64,000 nt of DNA from Ophelia neglecta (Eukaryota), in NCBI GenBank assembly GCA_965285935.1, contig OZ260663.1:99448001-99512000 (forward strand), given 5' to 3'. A program made the position numbers and the translations under genes. The notes under the pieces were generated by a model. That model ran no database searches. It was not told the DNA's origin and saw nothing but the letters and a program-made list of their open reading frames with translations. Shown here piece after piece: positions 53,669 through 64,000 of the stretch (position 1 is the first letter of the stretch; each line of letters starts with the position of its first letter).

Positions 53669-54526
53669 ATATTTGCCTCCTGCGAGCTATTCTATAATAA
53701 ACCCAATACAATCTCATTCAGGCAACAACGATAAACCGTTCAACTGCACATTGTTGGCCTCAAGTGCTGAAATATAGAACAAAAACCTTATAAGTGCTGC
53801 AAATGGCTGCTAAACATACCAAGGGTAACTGTTTCATAACGGCTATATTAAAACGGAAATTGTCGCAGTACCGATTCCCTTTCTTATGCTACGGACTTTT
53901 TTTTGGTATTAGCAGTTTTGCTCCCCCTGCCGGCAATCTTCAATTCACCGATCAAATAATACAACTTGCATGCATCAAACTCTCGGGGGATGGTTAGTGG
54001 CTATTATGTCTGTGACGTCACACCATTGTTTGAGCAGTTTATTTGTACGTTTGAATATACCACTATAGTAGCATGAATAAATTCTTGCTTAAAACATAAT
54101 ATTTGCCTCCTGCGAGCTATTCTATAATAAACCCAATACAATCTCATTCAGGCAACAACGATAAACCGTTCAACTGCACATTGTTGGTCTCAAGTGCTGA
54201 AATATAGAACAAAAACCTTATAAGTGCTGCAAATGGCTGCTAAACATACCAAGGGTAACTGTTTCATAACGGCTATATTAAGCGGAAATTGTCGCAGTAC
54301 CGATTCCCTTTCTTATGCTACGGACTTTTTTTTGGTATTAGCAGTTTTGCTCCCCCTGTCGGCAATCTTCAATTCACCGATCAAATAATACAACTTGCAT
54401 GCATCAAACTCTCGGGGGATGGTTAGTGGCTATTATGTCTGTGACGTCACACCATTGTTTGAGCAGTTTATTTGTACGTTTGAATATACCACTATAGTAG
54501 CATGAATAAATTCTTGCCTAAAACAT
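53669..54526. repeat. Near-perfect ~430-bp tandem duplication
   Basis: atatttgcctcctgcgagctattctataataaacc starts at 53669 and again at 54099. The two units differ by only a few bases. Confidence 0.9.
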
Positions 54527-55001
54527 CTGACCGGCCCTATCGCGCCTCATTACACGAGGACAACAATGGTAACAAGTAGGTCTGGTTTCTAGGCAACCGG
54601 GTTCGTGAATGACTGGATCCAGTATAAATGCCGAAGTGTTCTAGTGTCAGATATGGACAGAGCCTAAGGTCCCTCTCCAAAAATCCGATAATACTATGCT
54701 ACTAGTAAAGGGGTCCGAGTATTACAATATTGTTGAACTTCGCCCAGCCAATCAGTTTATATACTATCGCTCTCATACCCACAGGCTACATATAGACAAT
54801 AAGATGAAACTACTTTATCTTCCAGGCTGGACGAATGTAGCACAAGCATCACATAGGAATTATAGGTGATAGCTTTTCCCGCTAATAAATGAGTCGATAT
54901 TATTAATATAATGCTGTACGTCACTAGAACACCAAGGGCTGGCTACAGATGAAAACGGCGCGTCCTACATTGCCAGAGAGTAATTTAAGATATATATTTA
55001 C

Positions 55002-55059
55002 CTTGTGAGGACGCCAAGGCCAGGAACAACATGGATAGACATATCTTCATAACCCACAT
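55002..55059 (-). CDS. Second signal-peptide first exon upstream of PTP-E
   Basis: MWVMKICLSMLFLALASSQ-G|GTAAAT, 58 nt, phase 1. Flanks are homologous to those of 52372-52429 and 19732-19789. Confidence 0.7.
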
Positions 55060-58000
55060 GTTACCTAGGTATTAAACCTAAAAGTAGTTCTCCTGGTGAA
55101 ATGTTTTGTTGTTTTCCTAGTATGTAAGCCTTCATCAAAGCGTACTAAAGCTGCATTCTTCACCTGAGTATAGGAACATGTTGGAAGAACTGATAATAAG
55201 GCGTGGTGTTTTCCTTTTAAATGGGTATTACTCAGGTAATAAAGCCACTGATACTCTGCTGACCAGATACACTGCGTAAGAGTGGATATCCTAATTTTAC
55301 TTCATCGTTCGTGACGTCGATCCAACCAATCGAGAACCCTTCATACACCAAATCTCTGTAAGTGTATACTGCGCTGGAGCAGACGACACGCCTGGGCGGT
55401 TTGCTTTAATATGACAAAGAAATCTCAAGGACGGAACCTTAAATCTTGAGACGGCTTAAGGTCTCAGACAGGGAGTAGGTACCCATCCTTTTGTAAGCTA
55501 AGGAGGATGGGACATATGTCAAGCGGGACATATGTCAAGCGAATTGAGGCTTAAAACCTGACATTTGGAGATTAAAGACACAGCTACGAGATACAAGTAA
55601 TTTAAAACTTAGCTATATTGTTAAGGTTTGGAGTAGGAGTTGGAATCAAGAATGTTTTTTTTTTCCTATGGAGTTACCATAACTGTACCACTAACACTGG
55701 CTTAAGCCATACTGAACTTATGGTTTTCGTATGTGAGTATCTCATACTTCTCTCGCATCTTCTATCAGGGTTTACAATCGGATAGTATCCTCCTCGCTAG
55801 AGGGCTATCGGCCTTAGTCCGCCCCGTCTGCACCATACAGGTGATCTAACAGCATTCAAGGCAACCCAGTTATGTTTACATGCGGTAATATCAATCTTTG
55901 GATATGTGTTAAATTCCTGTCAAAAAGCCTGGGACTCACAGAAAACCTTCTTTTTAGGCCCCGACGAATGTCAATAAGCCATGTCTTTCAGCTGGATTTA
56001 CAGTTTGAGATCGCCGAGTGTTAGTTTAAACAGTTGACAATACGCCTCTTATCCGTTCTACGGTGTATCAGCAAGAACTCACCCCAAGTAATATCTCTAC
56101 GCGAAAAATATTTCTAGATTTTCTAATTTTTAAATCATCGCTGTATGTACATCTACCATATATATCTATACGGTATTAGTATAGGCAATCAGGCTTGCAT
56201 ATCAGCCTTAATGTTGGGTAAAACCGCCCGCACATGCCCAAAGCAATATCTCCACGCGAAGCAAATCGTAATATTTAAAGCATTATTTCTGATTTTTGGC
56301 TCCTACAATTTATTTTATAATAAACCCAATACAATCTCATTCAGCCAACAATGATAAATCGTTCAACTGCACATTGCTGGTCTCATGTGCTGAACTAGAA
56401 CAAAACCCTTATAGATGCTGCAAATGGCTGCTAAACATACCAAGGGTAACTCCTTCATAGCGGACCACAATCGGGATTGTCCTACAGTATTCAAATAATC
56501 CAGTCTTTAAGTACTATTAACGGGCGTCAAGTGTGAGCTAAAGTCACTATCAGTTTTTTTTATCTATGTGTCTGTGTGAATTCCAAGCAAGCAATATATG
56601 CACGCGAGATATGTTTCTAGATATTAAATCAATAGATGATATTACAGTATTATCTCAACAGATATATTTATATATTTGAACATTGACTGTTCATTACAAT
56701 ATAATTAATAACGTATCTGACTTAAACATAGTAAACGCAGGGTTTTTTATATTTGTATTTTTTATAAGAAGCCGTGCTGTATTAACTTTTATGTTATCGA
56801 ATCGTAATGAAGCCTCTTCTATACTAAATTAAGAAAATAACACTGAAAACGAGATACAGGGATCACAGGAAATCTACCGCCTAGTACCCCGTATAAACCA
56901 AGGCGTCAGCTTTTGGTGAAATAAAATGCAGACGACATTCCTGTTTACACACGTTATGTATACAGTGTGGTTTTCCTTGATTCATATAAACATAAAGGGA
57001 AGGCAGGCCCGCGTTTGGGTGGGGTGGGGTGGGGTATAAACCAGGGGTGCGAATTGTGTTCGACGATCTCGTTAGGCCAACCCAACATCTGATTATTAGA
57101 AAAGATATTTTGTGTCATAGCGCAACTTTCCTAAACTATAATATTGATGTTCTTTATCGTCATTCCCAGGATACATGATAAATATACAAACATATTTAGT
57201 TTTTGTTTTTAGAAAAGAGAGTGGAACCTAAGGCAGCTATATCTATCTTATATTGGCCTTTGTAATTAGGCACTACAGATGTATATCACTATAAGAAACA
57301 TGTAATTAAGTACTATAGATGTATTATTTTACGAATCATGTCTAGAGTTTATGATTAACCCTCTATAATATGGACGAATAATGGCAAGGTTGGAACCGGC
57401 TATTTTCGATCAACCAATAGAATGCCTTGCTTAAAATCGTGTCAAAACCGCTGATATATTAAATAGAAACAAGAATGACAACAAATGACAAAAAATATTG
57501 GTTGAATTACGTAATCGGACGGGCCGGAACTTTCAGTTCCAGTGGGTTCGGGACCAACACGCCCTGATTACTTATTTATTAAATATAATCAGGCGATTAG
57601 GTGCAGAATGAAAAGCAGATGGTGTATTACTGTTGAATTGTTATCCATGGTGCTATACATGTAATTATATGTAATTTGTAGCAAAAGAGGACACTGAAGC
57701 TTGAAGTTTACGGCAAAAACATCGGTACCTTAAAGAACTCAGAAAATCAAGAGTGTACTAAGCGAAAGCTAGAAATACCCAGGCAAATGTGTTCAAAAGT
57801 TACCGAACCGAAAGTCAAAGCTCCCTAATTCTTTGGTGAACCTTCCCTAGATATATTCTCTAATGTACTCGACAGGACATATATCACATTCGCTCCCTCC
57901 CCCCCTCCCCCTACGAAGAAGTCTCAAAAAAAAACTACCGGAACAGACATCTCGAGCAGTCCTGTATATCCTAGGAACCGTCAGTTTAATTGGACATTTA

Positions 58001-59191
58001 CGAAACAGCGGTAAAGACACGTTTATGTCACGAACGTTATCGTCCAAAACTATGTCTATGCGTTGGTGAGGCATGGGGCGGATTCACAGCCCGAGTGGCA
58101 GAACGGAAATTGTCGCAGTACCGATTCGCTTTCTTATGATACGAAGTCCTTTTTTGGTATTAGCAGTTTTGCTACCCTTGTCGGCAATCTTCAATTCACC
58201 GATCAAGTAATACAACTTGGGCCCACTGGAGGCAAGCCTTATGGAGAAACGCACCATCTTCAGTTCACTAGTGCATGCATTGAACTCTCGGGAGCATGAC
58301 GGTTAGGGCCTATTATTTATGTAACGTCACACCATTGTTTGAGCAGTTCATTTTTATGTATGAATGTACCACGATAGGAGCTTGAATAAATTCGTGCCTA
58401 ACACATCCCACTGACCCTATCCCGCCTCAGTAAATCTAAATGCCCTAATCAAATGTAGCTTATCAATTATCTTATACAGAATGTGTGATACTTCCACGTT
58501 TGACAGTGACAAGAAACACACCCCATCCATAGTGCGTGGGCCACTTGCGCTATTAATTTGATTCGAAACGTTTCTTCCGTGAGCCTATATACATTAAGTG
58601 TACTAATTAAGTTCAATCAATGTAAGATTAACAAGCCCTAATCAATTTTTTCTAGACATACACAAGGTCTTGAGCACACATTTTTGGTAACGTACCTATG
58701 AACCAGCCAGAAAATATGATCATCATTCGCGCTTTCCACATTACACGAGGACAGTAATGGGTAATAAGTAGATCTGGATTCTAGGCACCCGGGTTCGTGA
58801 ATGACTGGATCCGGTGTAAATGCCGAAGTCTTCTAGTGTCAGTTATGGACAGAGCTTAAGGTCTCTCTCCGAAAAGCCGATAATACTATGCTACTAATAA
58901 GGGGTGCGAGTATTAAATATTGTTGAACTTGGCTCGGCCAATCAGTTTATATACTATCGCTCTCATACCCACAGGCTACACATAGACAATTAGATAGTTC
59001 TGATTTATCTTTCCGGCTGGCCTAATGTAGCACACGCAGCACATATGAATTATAGCTAATAGTTTTTCCCGCTAATAAAGGGGTCGATATTATTACTATA
59101 ATGCTGTACGTCACTAGATCACCAAGTGCTGGCTACAGATGAAAACGGCGCGTCCTACATTACCAGAGAGTAATTTAAGATAAAGATTTAC

Positions 59192-59249
59192 CTTGTGTGT
59201 CCGCCAAGGCTAGGAAAAGCATCGATAGACATATCTTTATAGCCCCCAT
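59192..59249 (-). CDS. Third signal-peptide first exon upstream of PTP-E (upstream region cut by the Gypsy element)
   Basis: MGAIKICLSMLFLALADTQ-G|GTAAAT, 58 nt, phase 1. Homology to the other cassettes stops abruptly at ~59358. Confidence 0.65.
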
Positions 59250-59360
59250 GTTGCCTAAGTATTTAACCTAACATGAGTTCTCCAGGTTAAATGTTTTGCT
59301 GTTTTCCTAGTATGTAAGCCTTTATCAAAGCGTTTTAAAGCTGCATTCTTCTCCTGCGCC

Positions 59361-59570
59361 AGTAGTATATTATGTTTATAGGTATAGGTCTACGTCAGTA
59401 GTGCATTATGTTTATTGGATATAGAACTAGTGACTTCTCCCTGCGCTTGGTGTATAACGACTGGCCCCCTTCTTGTAGTGTGTTTACCTTTCTAAATACA
59501 ACGATTCGACCCAGGTCTTGACTCCCTGTTTTATTGTAATATTGGCGTGGTGGCAGCCGCTTAGGATTCG
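59361..59570 (+). promoter_or_regulatory. Putative 5' LTR (~59361-59547) and tRNA-Leu-type primer binding site (59548-59570)
   Basis: TGGTGGCAGC..GGATTCG resembles the complement of the tRNA-Leu 3' end and precedes the gag ATG. LTR limits are uncertain because the 3' LTR is outside the window and there are no canonical TG..CA ends. Confidence 0.5.
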
Positions 59571-62500
59571 GACTTGCGCTAACTATTCACTGTTGGTTAA
59601 CCACGTACAATTGGATACAGATTTATACAGGTATGGCAGCAGCTTTACGTACGCCAAAGCTGCGATCTCTCACGAAGGACGAGACGCTGTCATCGTTTGA
59701 CACTTGGCGACAAAGTCTGATATACACTCTCTCATTAGATCCATCATTCGCTCCGTTCCTCATCGACGGCATACGATGGGAAAAGCGGGGCCGCAACAAT
59801 CCCAACCGCGGATTTCAAAACGACCCAGTGGCCAACCAAAACGCACAAACTGCTGCTCAGAAGGTAATCAACTTAGAACTTCTACTAGGCCAGTTTGCAA
59901 ACTATGCCCCTATTATAAGTCGCAATCAGATAGTAAAGCAAAGCACTGGTCTGGAGGGCGTGTGGCAAGCTCTGCGGCTCCACTATGGTTTCCAGTCCAC
60001 GGGGCTCATTTCCTTGACATTGCTAACATAAAGCTAGAGCCGGACGAAAAGCCAGAGGATCTCTACCAGCGGATCTTAGCCTTTGTGGATGACAACCTAC
60101 TAACTCGTACAGGGGGAATTTACCACCATGGTGCCCTCCCTATTGAGGACGAGGATATGACTCCCTCCCTCAAGAATTTTGTTTGCCTCGTTTGGTTAAA
60201 ACTTCTGCATCCTGACCTCCCCCGACTAATAAAACAGCGATATGGGACCGAGCTACGCACACGTACCCTTGCCACGATCAAGCCAGAGATTAGTCAAGCT
60301 ATGAGTTCTCTTCTTGACGAGGTGCACACTGTGGAGGATGTTCGCACCATGCGTTTAGACACTCGCCCCAGACGTCCCCGCTCCTACCAGCAACAGGCTG
60401 GTCGTCGTTCAGGAAATCAACAACGACAAACGCGAGTATGCCCGCTCTGTTCCCAAACAGGTAGGTCCCCTGCGGATCACTTCCTTAGCCGTTGTCCTTA
60501 CCTGCCAGACCAGGACAAAGCCTATCTTACAGGAACCCGCTCTGTGGAGATAGAGGATTTATACGAGGTGCACCCAGGTGATGACTCCCCCCGCATTGAG
60601 CACGAGGAACCAGCCTACCATACTCCAACTGTTGCCCGGGTCAGCGTCATCAAATCCCCCCTCCTGGATGTCACATTTGGCTCACTACCTATTAGCTTAC
60701 TCCTGGACTCAGGAGCCGAGTCGAAATTCATTGTCTATGATCTCGCTCGCAAACTTAACGTTAAGATACACCCCAACAAGGAACAGATTCCCAGCCAAGC
60801 TGATGGTATTTCACGCATGATCGTTAGAGGCGAGGTCCACCTTGTATTTACGAGGGACAGTCAACAGTTCAAATTTGACGCCCTGGTCGTCAACCAACTC
60901 GGGTCCCCAATCATTGCTGGGAACCCCTTTCTCGTTACCAATGACATTACTTTAAAGCCAAAACACCAGGCCATCATTCTGCAGAATGGATCCACTGTCT
61001 TTTATGGCTCCCCATCTGTTCCTGGCTCTATGACAACACCATGCACCTTCCGAGTGTGTACGAGGCTTGTACGAGGCCCGGACAAGCCCATGACCCTGTG
61101 GCCTGGAGATTTGCTGAAGGTTCCTGTTAACTGGGAAACCAACTCAGGTGAGATATGCATATTGGAACCTCGCTTTGACAATTCCCGTTCTCGGTTGCCC
61201 TGTACGCCTATGTCCTGGCCTCCAGCCCAGTGCCTACCTGTTGGGGATAACAATATGGTGAATATCCGTAACACCACATCCCTACCTGTCAACTTACGCC
61301 CTGGCGATCACATTTGTTCTCTCACTCTAGGTGGTATCTATGAATATGGAGATGGTGGAGGGACTGAGTATGGTACTTATGATGTCTCCCCAGTGCTGTG
61401 TGCTACAGCAGACTGTCGCAAGGGACTTGCTTCCGCCTCTGTTAACATTGATCCAGATAATATTTTGCCTGGTGAGTGTAAGAGAAAGCTATCTCAATTA
61501 TGCGCTCAGTATGACAATGTATTTGATCATTCCCTCCCCGGTTACAACGGTCATTCCGGCCCCTTCAAGGCACGTGTCAACATGGGTCCTACACTCCCAC
61601 CTCAACGCAAGGGCAGACTCCCACAGTATGGAAAAAACCGTTTGGTCGATCTACAGAACAAATTTGATGAAATGGAGCACCTCGGCGTATTTGCTAGGCC
61701 AGAGGACCTTGATATTACAGTTGAATATTTGAATCCCAGTTTTCTGGTAAAAAAACCTAATGGGGGATTCAGATTAGTCACAGCATTTGCCGAGGTGGGA
61801 AAATATACTAAGCCGCAGCCAAGTCTCCTCCCCGACGTCAATTCTACTCTTCGCAAAATAGCCCAGTGGCGCTATCTGGCAGTCACGGACCTCACCAGTG
61901 CTTACTACCAAATCCCTCTTTCAAAAGATTCCCTAAGGTTTTGCGGGGTGGTTACCCCATTCAAAGGGGTCAGGGTATACACGCAGCGCTATGGGCATGC
62001 CCGGCTCGGAATCGGCACTTGAGGAACTCATGAGTCGGGTACTCGGTGAGCTACTCATGGACGGTTTTGTTGCCAAGCTTGCGGATGACTTGTACGTGGG
62101 AGGGAATAACCCTGATGAACTTCTTGAAAATTTTGGAAAAGTACTACGGAGGCTACATCAAAATGGCTTGCGTCTATCACCCACTAAAACAGTGATTTGC
62201 CCTCAATCCACAGGTATCTTGGGATGGAGATGGAGCAATGGTAGAATCACTGCGTCAAAGCATGTCATCTCGACTCTTAGCGGCTGTGAACTTCCCAAAA
62301 CCATCACCAACCTCAGATCGTTCGTGGGCTCAGTAAAGGCACTATCCAAGGTGCTCCCGCACTGTGAAAGCTATGTCGGGCCTCTCGATGATATGATAGC
62401 AGCCTACAAACCAGGTGACAACATCTTTTGGTCTGATTCCGAACTTTCTGCTTTCAAGTCTTGTCAAACGGCTCTTGGTGATTGCCGTCAAATTACCCTA

Positions 62501-64000
62501 CCACGTGCTAATGATAAACTCTTGTTTAGTTACAGATGCGGCCTCGACACACCAAGGACTAGGTGCAACCCTGTATGTCGACAGAAATGACAAGCTCAGC
62601 GTGGGGGGGGGGGGGGGGGTACTACAGCGCAAAATTACGCAGGTATCAAGCAGCATGGCTACCTTGTGAACTCGAGGCTTTGGCTCTAGCCTCCTCTGTG
62701 AAGCATTTTTCACCATATATTGTACAGTCCCGTCTCCAGACCACCGTACTTACTGACAGTCGGCCCTGTGTCCAGGCTTTCGACAAACTCAGACGGGGTC
62801 AGTTCTCCTCCAGCCCCAGGGTCTCAACATTCCTGTCTACCCTCTGTCAGTATGACATCGTCCTGCTTCACCTGGCTGGCTCAAGCAACTTACCCTCCGA
62901 CTTCGCTAGTAGGAATGCTCCAGTCTGCTCCGATGATAAATGCCAAGTTTGTTCGTTTCTGGGCGAACTACAGGACTCTGTTGTGATCCGTAGCACACAT
63001 GCCATGCCAGGAACACTATTCACGAACCGTAAAACGTGGCTAGCCATTCAAAATGACTGTAAGGATCTCCGTCGTGTGCGCGCCCATCTCCACCAAGGGA
63101 CACGTCCACCTGCTAAGGTTACGGATGCCCGCGACGTCAAGAGGTACCTCTCACAGGCCACAGTCGCAACAGACGGTTTGTTGGTGGTCCGAGTAGACCA
63201 GCCCTTCGAGTCTCCGCGCTTCCTTACTGTTGTTCCCCGCAGAGTACTCCATGGCCTGCTTATGGCTATTCACCTGCAAATGAATCACCCCTCTTTGCAC
63301 CAGCTCCGCTCTATCGTCAAACGCTACTTCTTTGCGTTGGACCTCGACAAGGCGGTTGAGACCACAACGTCCCAGTGTCATCAGTGTGCCTCCCTGACGA
63401 CCTGTCCCCCTCGCTATCAGGAGCAAACGTCTGAGGAACCTCCACCAAGAGTTGGCCAGTATTTCGCAGCGGATATATTGCGTGCCAGCTGCCAGTTCAT
63501 CTTCGTCTGTCGAGAAACTGTGACAAGTTACACTGTGGGCACAGTCATACCATCGGAGAAAGCCAGTGATTTACGTGACGCTATTATATCTGTGTGTGCC
63601 GAGCTGTGTCCTTTGGACGGCCCATGTGTCTCAATACGCACTGACGCTGCACCTGGCTTCTGTTCTCTCCAGCAGGACGAGCAACTACGTTCTCTAAACA
63701 TCCGTTTGGAGGTGGGTAATATTAAAAACAAAAACAAAAACCCCGTAGCAGAACGAGCTGTTCGAGAGCTACATGAGGAGTTAACCAAGAAGGACCCAAC
63801 GCGAACTCCAGTCTCCTCCCCACAACTCTCCTTGGCTATCCGTTCCCTTAACTCAAAAATAAGGGCAAGGGGACTGTCAGCACGTGAAATGTGGCTCCAA
63901 CGTGACCAATTTACCTTTCAACAACTCACCTTTTCCGACACAGACCTTATAGAGGCACAATTCAACCATCGTCAGGACAACCACCACCACAGCGCCCGCT
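59361..64000 (+). mobile_element. Ty3/Gypsy-type LTR retrotransposon (gag-PR-RT-RNaseH-IN), frameshifted, runs off the right edge
   Basis: Gag from 59633 with Cys/His knuckle CPLC-x9-H-x4-C; protease LLDSGA ~60700; RT (YLNPSFLVKK, TDLTSAYYQIP, MGMPGS, KLADD 62075-62089); RNase H VTDAA ~62530; integrase H-x4-H..CHQC 63271-63387 and D..D..E at ~63472, ~63643, ~63751. The PR-RT-RH-IN order indicates Gypsy. Frameshifts at ~60000, ~61985, ~62525 and in the poly-G at ~62610. Confidence 0.93.

Larger units (their letters stand above)
32547..57490. repeat. Segmental duplication copy 2 (receptor D 5' part + PTP-E + multiplied first-exon cassettes)
   Basis: Colinear with 1-22280, with copy-specific indels (e.g. 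~33600-34450 and ~46575-47110). Confidence 0.9.
51985..59358. repeat. Local triplication of the promoter/exon-1/intron-1-start cassette
   Basis: The block gg(t/a)ttctag(a/g)ca(a/c)ccgggttcgtgaatg..gaaaacggcgcgtcctacat..exon 1 recurs at ~51985, ~54583 and ~58776 (also ~19330). Confidence 0.85.

Noticed and set aside
1-57490. Duplication as an uncollapsed haplotype (assembly artefact)
   Set aside because: Numerous substitutions, copy-specific insertions of hundreds of bp and differing exon content favour real paralogs. It cannot be fully excluded without read depth in a highly heterozygous animal.
313-58299. Most short ORFs in the supplied track, especially + strand ORFs opposite exons
   Set aside because: They are antisense shadows or intron read-through of the spliced minus-strand genes. 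Their recurrence reflects the segmental duplication, not selection.
59990-60010. Programmed ribosomal frameshift in the Gypsy gag
   Set aside because: The shift falls mid-Gag (QSTGAHFLD) with no slippery heptamer, and three more frameshifts occur in pol, so this is decay or consensus error.
1067-62619. Long G/C homopolymer runs (e.g. 1067, 2976, 16695, 21836, 28463, 33690, 62603) as functional G-quadruplexes
   Set aside because: Lengths are not conserved between duplicates, and such runs are slippage- and sequencing-error-prone.

Overview
AT-rich, intron-rich animal genomic DNA; the EGF/FN3 receptor-phosphatase architecture suggests an invertebrate, probably a lophotrochozoan (inference). 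Most of the window is a ~33-kb tandem segmental duplication (1-~22.3 kb vs ~32.5-57.5 kb) of a two-gene, minus-strand cassette. One gene is a 24-exon receptor protein tyrosine phosphatase (SP-EGF-FN3-EGF-FN3-Ser/Thr stalk-TM-PTP D1-PTP D2-YANFQ*). The other is a short 8-exon receptor with a homologous SP-EGF-FN3-EGF-FN3 ectodomain but a phosphatase-free tail carrying five Y-E tyrosine motifs. Order in transcription direction: PTP-E (52429->39515, intact, 1199 aa), Tyr-receptor D (34850->25988, 20-nt frameshift deletion), PTP-B (19789->6344, truncated FN3 exon and 1-nt frameshift), receptor A (1582->off the left edge, intact so far). Seven homologous promoter + signal-peptide exon cassettes are present, three of them stacked in front of PTP-E and two in front of PTP-B. 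The right end holds a frameshifted Ty3/Gypsy LTR retrotransposon inserted into the last cassette. The best candidate for a new system is a paired phosphatase/tyrosine-motif receptor locus with shared, diversifying ectodomains. All exon models were built by hand from GT-AG sites and phase, without transcript data.
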